A stretch of DNA of 63,581 nucleotides, filler included, from Neolecta irregularis DAH-3 (GCA_001929475.1; 13 parts of 13 records of this genome joined end to end with filler, not necessarily neighbours in it); one strand, 5' to 3'. Numbered from the whole stretch's first letter, positions 38,583 through 52,282 are shown. Notes: generated from the letters alone by a model not told the origin. Numbers and translations: made by a program.

Positions 38583-39803
38583 TCAACCGTTGTTCTAATT
38601 GCTTTACTTGCTCATTAATATCTATATTAAAACACTTTTTCGCCCAAACCTTAGCATCTTGTAATCGGACTATAGCTTCGTTACGATCATTTAAAATCTA
38701 GATGTCAAAAGACAAAAATTGGGGTTAAAGTACGTCGGCGATGATGGCGAGGTTAATGTTAGCGGTAGCGCAGGTTTGGTTACAAGTTTGATCTTTGAGT
38801 TGTCGGGGAACATTTTTAGCCTGTTGGATTGCTTTTTCAGCCCATGACTTTGCAGATTCCTGACGTTGTGCAAAGGTTGAGGAATCAGATACATCAGGGC
38901 CAGCGCCAGAGATGGTGGCGGCAATACTGTTCACTTCTCGTAAGCGTGGGATTGGAGGGATGGGGATGCGTACTGAGGTGTGCCGAGGTGCAATTTGGGG
39001 GATTGATCATGTCCAATGCTTTGAGGAAGAGCGGGGCAGCGAGACTGGTGGTTAGATGAGCCACACAAGTGGCGATACATAGGCCTATTTGTTTCTCGAA
39101 AGTATTCCGCGGCGGTGGCCATGAGCGCTATCGTCTCTTCCGTGGGCAGGAGGTGTCTATTCTGGGCGCGGTGAAGCAGCAATGTGTGTATGGCCCAGTG
39201 GAAGTGGTCGTCTGCAGCCTTGTAGTCTTTCAAGCACATGGCGATGTCTGCGAGGCTGACAGCGAGCCGAACTGCCCTGGCAGTTAACCTGTTGCTGTCT
39301 TGGGCAGATGCAGGGCGCTGAGCATCTGCGAGCAGCGATTCAAGGATGGTGCGAGCGTTACCGTATCTGCCAAGGGATTTGTAGAGGAATGCGAGTTTGA
39401 TATGGATACCGGCGGTGGTGTCTGCGCGCGGATCGAGGTTGTGGTCGTGGGCTGCCTGAATGGCGTCGTTGTAGTGGCAGATTGCGCGTGGGTAGTCGAC
39501 AGCGTGTTCCGCGTAGTAAAGTGCAAGACGCAAGTGCTTGGAAACTGCATTCAATTTCACAGGAGAAGCGGGAAATATACCTTCTTCGGGATACGGCGAT
39601 AACTTATGCCAGTAGATATAGGCTGCCCCCGACGCAGCAGCAAGACCTACGCCTGCGAGGATAACAGCGGTAGCACCATGCAGTCGGGCCTTCGAATTCG
39701 CAGAAAATGTGCGCAGACCGCGTACATCTGGTGGTCGCAGCAACCGGCGGGAGGCGAGTCGTAGTCGCACAGAGGTCATAGAGGATGGAAACACGCGATT
39801 CAT
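38583..39803 (-). CDS. Mitochondrial TPR-like membrane protein (Mgr3-like); boundaries approximate
   Basis: Arg-rich presequence, one TM segment, YPEEVSKHLRLALYY, helical repeats, A.SWAEKA..C...C.TA.INLA. Confidence 0.6.
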
Positions 39804-40094
39804 CAATAAATCTCCCTGACCCGTCTCCTCAATCTCCAGACATCCATTTCCAAATGCAGTGGTATACTTGTGATAAAATGTAGTATCTATCTTGTGCAAT
39901 GGTGATACCCTTGAAACCCTACAACCCCTTGTCGCCGTTGCTTGCCAACCCATTCCAAAGGCACCAGAATTGATACTATCATACTCGCATAAGCAAATGT
40001 CGGCATTTTTATGGGTGAAAAAGAAAGTCCTATCTATCTAAAAGCAAAGTTGGAAGAACAAAATGGTGTGACTGGATAATGTACAAAATATTTT

Positions 40095-40178
40095 TCCGAA
40101 CTGCCAGACTTGAACTGGCGACCAAAGGATGACTAAATCCATTACAGTCCTCTACGCTACCAGCTGCGCCAAGTTCGG
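40095..40178 (-). tRNA. tRNA-Tyr(GTA) with 11-nt intron
   Basis: Minus strand CCGAACT/AGTTCGG acceptor (C1-G72, A73), GAGGA-CTGTAA-[tggatttagtc]-A-TCCTT, GCCAG-TTCAAGT-CTGGC. Confidence 0.92.
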
Positions 40179-40471
40179 CTGTTGTGATAGGAATGTTAGC
40201 GGTTCATCATCAAATTCGAATATCTAGGACCAGTTTACTACGCACAATGGTTAAGTCTTCACTGGGATCAAACTGAGGGTCAAGTCTTTCTGGTATATCG
40301 CAGAACACCTAGCGATTACCGGATTGGATTCAAGTTTGTGTTTAGTTATATAGAAAAGGAAAGCATGCGATTGACGCAATCCACGCAAATCTTTCGATTT
40401 GTGTCATCAATAATGTGGACGAGACAAGAATCACATCGACCCACGATAACATAACTCAAAAGAAACCCCAG

Positions 40472-40925
40472 TCAAATATTTCCCTTCCCCCCGAATACCG
40501 TCTTCCAAGTAATAGTAATCTTCAGCAAAGAAAGCGACATATCATCCCTTAATTTCCTGTCCAGGATAATTGATCCACCGAGGTCATAGACCGCTGAGTG
40601 AAAATCTCCTAATGTCCTGAGATCTTGTGACCATGCGTTCAAGAGGTTTATATCCAGTTGATTTAAGTGGCGATCAAATGCTTTGGCGGTTCGGGTTTGA
40701 TGGGTCACTTCCCCATCCATTCTGAAAATGAATGAAAACAGAAAAAACAATATTAAGAAGGAAATATTTGGTTGATCCAGAACAATCAAGTATTCTGATA
40801 AGGCGACAATAGGGTTAGGGTTTGATGTCCCAAGAGCAGTTGAAGTGGCATATTGACAACTAGCAGTCGGCAAGAGGAGGATATAGGCAATGACAGAAAG
40901 GAAAAGAAGTTGTAGGATCGTCTTG
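40472..40925 (-). pseudogene. Possible decayed secreted-protein gene lacking ATG
   Basis: KTILQLLFLSVIAYILLLPTASC signal-like stretch in an open frame with no in-frame ATG after the upstream stop. Confidence 0.25.
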
Positions 40926-41412
40926 TTAGGGTCCTCGACAATTCTTCTATTTCATAGTTGATCAAAAGTCAGGTTGACTGGCTTTCCAAACCAGCTGTAA
41001 ATAAATAGCGCAATTGGCTGCCCATGATCAAGATGATTGGATATTGAATAACACACAATTCTGTTGACATTGGACAACACATTCCAATTAATTTGGAAGG
41101 ATGTTAATGTCTCATAGGAGTATAAAATAAATCTCCTCGATATTCAACATGAAGTGAGAGTCAAAGAAAAGGGATAGTTATAGATTCATCTGAGGATTTG
41201 TCTTTGAGTACAAACTCTCCGAAAATCCATGAAGCTGAGACGTTTTAAAATGCAATATTCAAAAGTACTCAGGCACAAACCAGCGAGTCTGTGAAATGCC
41301 CCCAAAAGCCAATAGTGTGAATGAAGGCTAATGGACGAAGGCCAAATATCTTTTGATGAAGAGGAGAGGGACTACATACATCTTTCTAACGCCTCTGTTA
41401 AGTATAACTCTG

Positions 41413-41847
41413 TTATTCATTGATGATGGCCATCAGTTCATGATCTCGGAATAACGTATACTCCTAAAGGATTAATAATCAACTGAATTACGAGGGAAGA
41501 AACGTCATCTCCGATTTTGATATTGTTTCCACCGTATTGGGGAAGCACGACACGATCCCCGCTTTTTACACCAGGGACAACGAGTTTCCCATCCTTATTT
41601 ATAGCGCCTTGTCCCACAGCGATGACAGTTCCCTCAGAGAGTTTTTCCATAGACTTTTCGGGCAAGAAAATTCCGCTGGAAGTTTTCTAGGTATTTGTTA
41701 AAAATATAATTCACGGAAATAGCCACCTGGTTTGCCTTGATCCTTTGAATAAGTACACGATCAAAAAGGGGGACAATAGATTTGACGGACTTGGCAGCGA
41801 TAGACGACTAGACCTGTGAACGGGGAGACATACTAGTGTCATACCAT
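41413..41847 (-). CDS. HSP10: 10 kDa mitochondrial chaperonin (3 introns)
   Basis: SIVPLFDRVLIQRIKA..KTSSGIFLPEK, GTVIAVGQG, GDRVVLPQYGG, EYTLFRDHELMAIINE. Confidence 0.95.
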
Positions 41848-42106
41848 TTTGATTCTGGAATGTTGAATAACTGCTGATGGTGGAAAATCTCGAAAATTTA
41901 TTCCTCAACTCCGACATTGACCTGGTGAAGTTTCTGGATACGCGAATTCATACACATCGCTCAAAATTTGAATGATATTAAGATTCCTTTTATGTAAAGT
42001 AATATTTCCATATTATTAGGTTGCACACAAATCTATCTATGAATCTGTCAACTTGCAAATGACACGCCTGTCGGGGAACTCTCGTGCGTCCAACCAGCCG
42101 TACACC

Positions 42107-42784
42107 ATGCTGCTCCAGGTTTTTGCTGGTCTATTACTGCTGACCTCTCCCTCCATTGCTCTCAAGTTTTCTATCTCGAGTTTCCCAGAATCTTCGGCAT
42201 CTTCCTATCAGAAATGCATCTCAAACTTTGTATCTGCCGATACACTTGTCGTCGTAACCGCAATTGTAACCGGTTCAAAAGGAGATGGACAGCGTGTCAA
42301 TATCGAGGTATGCCGATTGACGCAGCAATTAACTGACTTGTAGATTAAGGATATGCAAGGCAATCAGTACGGCAAACCTCGAGATGCTATTGGGGAGGTC
42401 AGAATGGCCTTTACAACTCATGATGCATCGTCGATGGATGTCTGCTTTGAGAACATTGCAATTGATGGATTACCAGGAAAGAGCCGGGATATCGAACTTG
42501 ATGTCGAAATTGGAGCTGACGCTATGGATTGGGCAGCAATCCAAAAGGCTGAGAAACTCAAACCTGTGGAAGTCGAGTTGCGTCGGCGAGAGGACACCGC
42601 CCAGGAAATCGTTGATACACTTGCATACATGCGTTCTCGAGAGCTAAAGCTACGAAACACCAATGAAAGCACGAACCAACGAGTCAAATTCTTCGGGTTC
42701 GTCAGTATGAGCGTCCTTATAGCTGTTGGAATCTGGCAAGTTATCTATCTGAGGACTTATTTCAAACGAAAGCATCTGATTTAG
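42107..42784 (+). CDS. ERV25: p24/emp24 family protein, delta subfamily
   Basis: Signal peptide, GOLD domain, EKLKPVEVELRR, LRNTNESTN.RVK.F, TM and YFKRKHLI tail; one intron. Confidence 0.92.
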
Positions 42785-42878
42785 ATGAATGGGTGCAAAT
42801 ATCAATAGTATTACTCCGTATTGAGTCAATGACCGTCAATATCCATAATGTACAACTAAAATCTCAAGTGAGCCAGGC

Positions 42879-43286
42879 TCAGTTCTCTCTCCACTGATGT
42901 GCACATTCTGTGCATTTGTAGAATGTACTTGAAGGCTCATCTGCAGACCTAATCTGCAACTGAAAGAAATATGCGCGTTGGTTGTTACAACTATCGTTTG
43001 GACATTGAGCTAAAATCAACCAGTAGAAGCATAAGAAATCATACCATCTGTTCGGTCCACGTTGTCCCAAGCCTTCTCACCCCCTAACACATCGTCGACG
43101 GCCTTCTTCTTCATCTTTTTGCGGTTATATAACTAGGTTTTAGTATCGATCTTGAGCCACCCTCGAGGTTCGTACATATCTTTCGATAGGATATTCATAT
43201 GTACAAGTTCGACACTCGAACCGATTTTTTCCTGATACGGACGGGGAAATGACAAGGTGATTTCCGCAAATTGCACAAAAATTCAT
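42879..43286 (-). CDS. RPC11: RNA polymerase III subunit C11
   Basis: FCAICGNHL, FECRTCTY, VDDVLGGEKAWDNVD, AYFFQLQIRSADEP..TFYKCTEC.HQWREN; 2 introns. Confidence 0.95.
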
Positions 43287-43534
43287 TGCTCGAGATTTTT
43301 GTTTTGAGGGTTTAGTGTGATTATGGTAAATCGAACGTTTCAAAGATGACTTGCTCAAACAAATTTGACTGGCAGTGGGATGCAAAATACTATATTTACA
43401 ATACCAAAAGGTTTTAACTGGCAAAGAGAGAAGACTACTAGGAGAAGAAGAAAAAAACACGACGGGAAAATTTCTTCCATGTTCGTGTAGTTTTTGTAGC
43501 ATGAGTAAACACCACCTGGTTTAGTGAAAGCTAT

Positions 43535-43812
43535 GCGCTTAGAAGTACGATAAGACCAATTGTTATAACTAGCCTAAGTAGACGTACTTGGCTAAGTATT
43601 TCCCTATTCCCGGCACTATATACTATTTACATCAAGCCTCATCATCCGCCCTACCGTTTCTGTGGTTGGAAAGAATATACTCGTGTATATCCTTTACACC
43701 TTGCCTAAGTATTCGTACTTGGCTAGGAATATCTAGCTTCCGCCTTTACATACTTCCCATCAAGTCACCTTGCCATATTGGTCAGATATTCCCAAAGGGT
43801 ATATCCTTACAT
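43535..43812. mobile_element. LTR-like repeat fragment
   Basis: gcgcttagaagtacgataagaccaa..ataactagcctaagta shared with 59662-59715; ends gggtatatccttaca like 46716-46729 and 59905-59931. Confidence 0.6.
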
Positions 43813-44298
43813 CTAGTCATAGGGCGCGACAATTGAGGGTGCATGTTGGCGAAGTCATATTGTCCAATTTTGCAGAGGTAACGAGTGGCGGGTCCTGAGG
43901 GAGGTCAAGTGATAATCATAGAGATAACGGGGAAAATTGTAAAAACCCTAACCCGCGGCATGGGGCCCGTCCCCAACACTGTCTACAATTTCTCCTTATA
44001 ACGAACCCAACTAGTTCCCAAAATTAGTTTGTGCGAGGTCTAGCAACGAAGTTGGTTATCCTGTATTTACCCGATCTGCCTTCACCTAACGCCAATGGAG
44101 TGATAGTCTCAACCTGTCACAACCTCCATACGTCTAGGACTTCCAGTTAAGAGGTGTGGCATGCAATTTGATTTACCTAAAAAGTATTTAACGACATGTT
44201 TCGCAAAATTGTTATTCTTCAACTAGCGCCTTGCATTCGAGTCACATCAAAAGTCTGCACGAGTTACACACAACACGCAGCGTACAACAACTCTCATA

Positions 44299-45617
44299 AT
44301 GTTGCCACAGCTCTTCTTCATCGGACTTTATACTTTTCTATCTTCAGCAATCGAGCTCGAGGGTTTCAAAGACATTACAAATGAGTTGCAACATTCGCAA
44401 GTTCTCCACTTGGGCTGGTCAGTGTACGCCATTGACATTCCGGTAGACATAGACGAGCTCGAAAGAATAAAAAAGTGTGCTAAAGCATGCCTCGACGCCA
44501 AATATGTATGCAAAGTGTTCATAGTAACCACTTTTCAAAATTTCGTGGATTGCACGTTATTTAGGATTCCGGCATCACAAATAACCACATCAGATGACCA
44601 CTATGACGGATCGTCGGTAATATTCGAGTAAGTGCTTGCGACCAATGGTAATATTTCTTATATTCTAGGACTTTTGAACCAGAACCACTTGAACCTGTTA
44701 TTGAGCGATTCTTTTATGATTATAAAATTCCAGAAAAAGATTGGGTCGACAGACTTGTTAATGGGTATGGCCTAGCATGGCACCCTGCGCATGAATATTT
44801 CTCGCGAATTATAAGAGCTTGCAAGACTGTCATGTATAGCGAACCAGCAATCGCAATCGATTTCGTGAAATGGACAGGTGATATTTCCGAGTCTCAGAGA
44901 CCAATTACCGAACTGGAGGCATTTTCTGACCAGAAGATTTTGGGGCTTGCTAAATCTTGGGAAGAATTTTCAGAGAAAACAGAAAGTTATCCATATTCAC
45001 CCTTAAAACCGAAAAAGGAACCTTCAGAATCCTTCGCCACCATTTTTTTAACTTTTCTCGATATATTTTGTCCGCATATCCGTCAAGGTACAACAACTAT
45101 TTACGATCCAATCAAACAGGTGCTTTTCATTGATAATGAAGATATACACATACTCGTCGCTTCAATCGGGCCTCATCGTTACGCGATGGTACGAGACCAT
45201 TATTCGCTAGGACAAGACTGTCCAAAGAGCAATGATGATTCAGAAGTTGTGGTATATATGACATATATTGAGAATAACCTTGATGATAAAATGAAACAAA
45301 AAGAAGCGCTGGACCTCTTTCAACAAGCAATGAAACTAAAGACGACCATGCAGTATTCCCAGGACATTTCTTACAATCTCGACGCTATCACGGACATGTT
45401 GTTTACTGTTCTAGGAACACTTATTAAGCCTGATGCGAGTTTATATTATAATCCTGGCCCGTCTGGGCAAAAGTTCTTTCGAGACCTTGTAACAGCAGTG
45501 CTATCCCACATTTATGGAAAAAAGTACGAGAGCACTCAAATGTTTTCAGCATTGAACACTGCATTACAATCGGATAAGTTTACAGACATCTCAGTCATAC
45601 CAGAAATAAATCTTTGA
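44299..45617 (+). CDS. Orphan secreted protein with N-terminal Cys-rich (PAN/apple-like) domain; 1 intron
   Basis: Signal peptide MLPQLFFIGLYTFLSSA; CAKAC..C.VF..C.LF pattern; GT-AG intron 44628-44669 joins the long second exon. Confidence 0.7.
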
Positions 45618-46167
45618 TATATTTTATAAAAGATCAGATGTGCCGGGTTTTTGTAACGGATTTTTATGTACGTTTACAAGAATGATGGATGTATATACAG
45701 AACAGACACCATATAGTTCCATACGCAGACACTCTTTGCAGGCTCTAATCTCCATCTGCTCTGTTCCCTTTTCCTGTACAGGCCACTGCATCTCAATTTG
45801 CCTCTAGACATTGAAGCTCAGAAGTATATTTCCTCCTGCCCCGATCCCAGCCTCCACACCCAAACCACCCTCCAGTGTTGTAGAAAGTGTTTTGGTGAGT
45901 TTAGTGAATTTGTTTATCTTGATAAATACTGTGGGCGGGATTCATTCTGGATTCATTCTGTTGACGGTATCTTGGCAAAAAACCCTTCATTGATACTCAT
46001 TGAGCCATCTGCATGGAAGACAAGCCTAGTACCAATTCTCTGGGATGTTGGTACAATGATTTTCCAGGAATTGCAGGAAGGATACTCAAAGTCAAATGTT
46101 TCCAATGGCAGTTATGATACAATAGTAAGCGGACATATCCTCCAGGTATACCCTCACCAATATATTC

Positions 46168-46536
46168 TCAAGTATCATGGCTGGTTCTAATGATTATATC
46201 CATACTCTTGGAATCTGTTCGTAATCGGCTTTTGTTGAGTTGAGATTGAAATAAACTTGATTGCTCGTTCTTCCCATAGTCGTTAAAGACCACGATTGCC
46301 ATGAGATCGCGAAAGAATGGTGTAATGTTTGTCGGGTCATCAAATTGAGGAATATAATCTCGCTCGACAAGTTGATGAGGCCTAAGTAATATGTCTGCCA
46401 CCTTTAGAACAAGTTTTGCTATCAAATTATTCGGATCCGTATCTTCAAAAAGCTCGCTGTCTTCATAAGTCTGAAGACGATATTTGTGACCGCCCAGAGT
46501 CATCAATTCTGAAAAGATATCGGAATACGCCAAATA
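46168..46536 (-). CDS. C-terminal fragment of a paralog of the 44299 secreted protein (truncated by gap)
   Basis: FFRDLMAIVVFNDYGK..LN aligns with FFRDLVTAVLSHIYGK..LN. Confidence 0.55.
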   Translation of the reverse strand, partial: YLAYSDIFSELMTLGGHKYRLQTYEDSELFEDTDPNNLIAKLVLKVADILLRPHQLVERDYIPQFDDPTNITPFFRDLMAIVVFNDYGKNEQSSLFQSQLNKSRLRTDSKSMDIIIRTSHDT

Positions 46537-46636
46537 NNNNNNNNNNNNNNNNNNNNNNNNNNNNNNNNNNNNNNNNNNNNTTAATTAATTAANNNNNNNN
46601 NNNNNNNNNNNNNNNNNNNNNNNNNNNNNNNNNNNN

Positions 46637-47050
46637 ATATACGTTTCTATCTAATGTCTTATTTCCCCTTCCGCCACTTGCTGTATTGGTATGGGTATAT
46701 CCAGGTAATAGCCGGGATATACCCTTACATCGTGACAGAGTACAATTCAATATAGAGCGAGACTGAAGCTGAGCGCCTGAAGTTACAAATAAGTCTAGTG
46801 TTTATTCCTAGATTACTTAGGCTAGATACAACTATATACTGCTCTTTTATATTGGCAAGGATATACCCCGGGGGTATATGTCAGCACACTCGTCTGTATG
46901 TGGTGCTGGTTGAGACTCGGGTGGGTTGCTCTGACTTAGTTACTAAGATAAGAAGTAACTGAGTATATTGAGTATCACTTTGAAGCCTGCCCTACTAGTC
47001 AGCCCAGCTAGAGGTCATAACCGAGTTCATCAAAATCAGCAACGATATCA
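46637..47050. mobile_element. LTR-like fragments upstream of tRNA-Thr
   Basis: ggatatacccttaca and ggatataccccgggggtatat motifs shared with the other LTR-like copies. Confidence 0.45.
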
Positions 47051-47169
47051 TGTACTGGTGGATGTTGATGTAGGATTGCACGTTTTACAAACCTAGCAGG
47101 ATAAGATCGAGGATTACGGGCACGAATCAAGATATAAAATTGTATGTTACTCTAGACTCCGCTGAAGAA

Positions 47170-47251
47170 GCCCGCATGGCTTAGAGGTATAGCGTCGCTC
47201 TTGTACTTGTGAGAGAAGCGAAGATCGTTGGTTCGAGTCCGACTGTGGGCA
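47170..47251 (+). tRNA. tRNA-Thr(TGT) with about 10-nt intron
   Basis: Acceptor GCCCGCA/TGTGGGC, anticodon stem TCGCT/AGCGA around CTTGTA, T-loop GGTTCGAGTCC, downstream T-run. Confidence 0.88.
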
Positions 47252-47373
47252 GCATTTTCTTTTTTATATTTCTTATATAGACCGGAGCTCTAGCTAGTGC
47301 TTTTCAATCTGACAAGGAGCGAGACTATCCAATAAATACAATGAATTTTATTTACAAGGAAATTAGTGTAAAG

Positions 47374-50300
47374 TTAACTCAAAGGCTGTAAGAGTTCTCG
47401 CATTCGCTTTAATTCCTGTGCAATAAGAATTTCCAAATTATCTCCCTCTACCATCCTTTCTTCTGCTTCTCCCAGTGGCACTATCAGATTTTTGAGATAT
47501 TTGGGATGATTTAGCAGATAATCAATATTAGTTTCTAGTTCGTCCCGTCCAAAATTGAATTCGCCTTCATACCGGCCCAACACCTGAAACAGCATAATGA
47601 TTAAGATCGTCTCATCGATACTAGCGACCGTGATCATGTGTGGTCTCTTCCATGAATCTAGAGCCAGCCGAATTTGGGGAGCAAATAGATCTAAGAGAGC
47701 AATCATATCCTTTGATACCCGACCGCACAAATGACGAAGGATATTCAAGAGTGTAGGTAATACTCCTCGGGCCCATATGCGATGCAATCGAGGTGCAGAT
47801 ATAGGAGTGACATTTCCTATCTGAAGCTTAATTCCAAGCGGACTTTCCGCTAGAAGAGTGAAAAACCCCTCGGCGCAAATTTGCTCTGCCAATATGTGTA
47901 GTGAGGATGTCTCTAGCAAAAAAAGGATGCTTAATTCTCCAGATACAGGTTCACCGTCGATTAATGCGGATTCTGCTCTTGCGAATGCTATTATGGCGGA
48001 TTTTATAGAACTGTTGTCGATAACATGTCCACAAATAGATGAATGCAAAACTTCGCTTCCCGGTATATTCAATATCGCTTTAAAGATACCTGTGACGAGT
48101 GAAATGAACCCCACGACTTCAATATCTGGCTGTTCTATCATGCGGGAAAAGAGGATTTTCGAGCTTTTAGCGACTGTAGTATCGAATAAATCGCAAATCA
48201 TCGTAGCCAAAGGGTGCAACTCGTTGCTGTCTGTCTTGCCAAAGCTATGTAAACAGGCATATAAAATCCGATACATCGTCCAATGTGCTTCAGCATTACC
48301 TTTCTTCAAGTTCGAAAGACAATTCAAAGGTGACTCATTGATGGCTGTACCTACGGATTGAAAAATAATCTTCCAATCCATAGCATTTGATCTAGCGTTT
48401 CCTGATATTGCAGATGCTTGTACAGCAAACGCAAGATCAAATGCTAATTGGGCTCGTTCGAGGAGTACCGTATGCAGAAGCACTGATAAACTATTTTCAT
48501 ATACATTTGCTTGGAGACAAATCTTTACGGTTTTGGCGAATATTGAGATAATGTTTGGGTATTTCGGGATGAACGGCCTTAACGAAGAAAGCAATAGTAT
48601 CCAAGCACGTAGGAGAACCTTGAAAATATCAGAATAAGTTGGGTGAGGTTCAACTATACCACTTGTGCATCGAGTAATGACAAGTTGATATTTGCTTGCT
48701 CGAACTCTTTTGAAAATGAATTCCAAACATTTTCTTTCCCAAGGACAAATCCAGCTACATCAATATCGTAAAAGTAATTCGGTCCATATAGCGTTTCATC
48801 GGATTCGATTCTCTTGAATTTGAGAATATTCAATCCATCCCATCTTTTGGCAACATTCTTTGCTAGGAATTCGTGAAGGGAAGCCCGGTATCCGGTTAAT
48901 CGTAAGGCGGAGCTAGATAATTCTTCTAGACGATTTTCCTTCAATAGGTGATCTAAAATCAGTTGACAAATGGGATCATCCGGTTTTGCTTGGCGAGAAT
49001 ATAGTTCCAGAGCACATAACTGAGCTGCATGTCCCGCTCGAACTAGCTGGCAGCATGAGGATGTCATTCGATCTTCGCTTTCGGTGTCTTTTATGGGTAC
49101 CTCGGGCTTGTTAAGTAAACCAACTATTTGCGTCCAGAAAGCTTGATCACTACGTTTTCCTCCGGTCGTAGATCGCCACAGATTATAAGCGTTGACAAGG
49201 AAATTCGTTACTGAACTAGAAACTCTGATGCTGCTGTCATTTTTTACTTGTTCAATTGCAATATCCACAAGAGATGGTAGAGGTGTTCTAGAAGAATCTT
49301 TCTTTTCCGATCCTCCTTCTCGGATACATTCTCCAGTTAAAAGCAACATGGCAAAACTTTGTTGTGGACGAGCAGTAACGCTACAGGCAAACCGCCAGGT
49401 TGCTGTTAGAAGTTTTACGGAAGAAAGGGGCCCTTGGATAATTACGATAATACGTAGAGATAAATCTCGAGCCTGACCATTTAAATGTGCGAATAGTGAT
49501 GGGGGTGTATTTGGCCATTCTGATTCAACGAGGGCTTCTATTAGTCGAACGATATGAAGCTGAAGATTGCTCGGTCTTGCAAGCTCGGCTGATAAGTCGA
49601 CCATAGACTCGAACAGTTCCTTCTCAAGAGAAAATTCCAAAAGACTGTTAAAATGTCAGTGGTATGATATATGGGTATATCTTTAAACCTTTTACAGCTC
49701 CTCAATTTAACTAGGGTTGAAAGTAGTTGTAAAGACTTGATGCTCCAATCGAGATTCTCACCTCTCGAAATGGCAGAAAGTAGAACACGGATACTCCTTT
49801 TCGAACCTAGTAGTCTTTCCAACACTAATTTCGACGATTCCGCCACGCCGATCGAGACTTGTGTTCCCTCATCCTGGATCCCATAAACAGAGTGGATCAT
49901 TAAAGTCCATAAATCGGTCAAACAATCGCCAAATTCTATACATTGAATGTTGTCGAGATAGTTCCAGTCGTTGAAGCTCTCAAAGACTTGGAGAAGGTAA
50001 TGAGTTACAGAAACCAGGATTTCTTTACGAATTTTGTTGCCTCGATGTTCGACCGACCAGGCAAGATTACTGAGAACGAGACGGTGAACTAATTTTATGA
50101 CTGAGATAGAAAAATCGTAACGCCTCGCTGTACACTAAATATCGGAAAATTGATTTCTATCTGGGGAGGTATACCTCGTATTCTGAGAGTATCTTTCCCA
50201 GTAATCCGGCTTCACCTCGTCGGCCAATTCCTAGGCTTCTCGAGACAATAGTCCATCGTTTATTGTCTTCCGCGCATCTTTCAAAGATCTGAATACACAG

Positions 50301-52282
50301 GCTGAGCAATGAAATCGAAACATCCTGACTAAGACTCTTCTCAAGAATATACTTTATGACATCAAAAAAATCCTGGTCCATATCTTCTTCAATGGCAGCA
50401 ATCACAGCCTCACCAGCTCGAGTAGTCATCATTTGAGAAATAAGACTTAAAATATCCTCAATCGTCCCTCTCGTTTCAGAAATAGGCATATTAATCGCCG
50501 CCTCCAAAATTCTCCCAAAATATGCCCAACAATCGAATTCAAAATCCCACATTACCACTGGAGGATTTATATCCGTGCTCAGAATACGACCTTTAGTTCG
50601 TGGCGCTAATGCCAGCTCTCCTGAACCGTCTGGTCGCCCTTTAAACACGACTAACCTTTCGTGTAAAATAATTGTTGTGATAGTTGAGAATTCATCGGAA
50701 ATAATATCATATGCCTTAAACCCCGCCGGAAGTGACTGCGTAAAACTAGGTAATTTTTGAAGGAAACGAAAAGTAGAGGATGCGTCGTGGTGGACACAGG
50801 TAATCATATTAACCAACGGTGAAAATTCATAAGGAAATCGAATTCTAGCGGAGTGCAAGAACCTCTGGGATGAGGAATTTTTCCAGAATTGAAGGGTCAT
50901 GATTTGTGAATCGTAAAGTTGGACAAAACATTTGGCGAGAGAGGATGAGAAACGGACGTATTCTAGTGACTGTCGTAAAAATTCTAATAAATTAGAAGAA
51001 AGGGATGAAAAGTGGGATATTTACCTGAAATGACAAGTTTATATCCCAAAAGCCCTTCATCAGTTTTGACTATCTCGATTACCTGACGAACAACTCCAAA
51101 TACACCAAGTTGAGTTGCTATCTCTCCTAAATTCTGGACCTGGTTACTTGAGAAAACTTGTTGTGAAAGTGTAGTATATTCCTCTCCTTGCAATTTTTCA
51201 TTTTCAATAATCAGGGATATCCGGTGTAGAGTAAAGGACCAGGCTAATAACACCGGAGCCGCAATGTTCTTGTTTCGAAGAGTGATTATTGAATTGTGAA
51301 TGTTGATAATAGATGGGATTGAATTTCCGTATAGTTCTGCTTGAGATGCATTTGGTTCTAATGTTAGTAGATATAAATATGATGTTACACAAACGTGGAG
51401 AAAATGTTTGTTCGAGAGCGAGCATTTCAATCGATATGATACAAGACAATGCTTGACAATTCTGAGCGAGGCTAGAAAGCTGTTGCGATGGAATCGAATT
51501 CTGCGAAAATCAGCTCCTTTCTAGCGGAGATGGTAATATACGGCTTGTTGATCAATCAAGAAATTTGTAGAACGCATTAAATCGAACCATATAGTCACCC
51601 TTGATGCTGAACAAGTGACGTTTTCATATATAGCTGCAAAAATAAGTTGTAGAAGAGCTTGTTGTTCGAGGAGATTCTAAATTAGGATGTGGGAATTTGA
51701 GCGAGATGATACCTGGTGATACCGCAGATATAAATCATTTTCATCTGTGGCGGCGGGTATATCGATACATCTCTTTTGTATACCATCGACGGCATCAATG
51801 ACGAAATCCCGCGAGAATTTCGATACGACTGCTTTTGCGATTTCTTGATTAGGATGTCCTTCGAATGAACTTGTTCGAAATAACAGAGTTGTAGTTTTTA
51901 AAATATAAAGCCGTTCTTGGAAGAGGAATTTTGATACTTTTTGTAAACGGTCATCTTGGTCAAGGTCGTCTAGACTATGGCATTTCATAAATGTCAAAAA
52001 GAGTCTCGCTGCTTCCGTCTCGGATAAACCACCCAATTGACCCAGTGATTGTATATCCTTTTGAATCTTATCATCCAGGACAAACTTTTCACCATCGATG
52101 AAAACATTGTCGCCAACCGAAACTTTACCAGGCGTGTTGATAAAATTTGCACAGTTTGATAGGACAGAGATTCGAGCTTCGAGGATCGATTGTAGTATAT
52201 CTGGAGATGATTCCGTACCGTTATTCAGGGCATGGAATATTGCTGAATACGGAATCAGTGGGTGATTGGCGACGGGAGCCAT
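47374..52282 (-). CDS. NUP188: Nucleoporin Nup188/Nup184 (about 7 introns, about 1,500 aa)
   Basis: Large alpha-solenoid; ERLYILK, RFPYEFSPL, YGPNYFYD, ANINLSLLDAQV.LLRAW, IWARGVLP motifs as recalled for fungal Nup188. Confidence 0.75.

Noticed and set aside
45635-46190. 130-aa ORF or Tc1-like transposase relic
   Set aside because: No ATG or recognisable domain; only a vague VWVWR resemblance on the opposite strand
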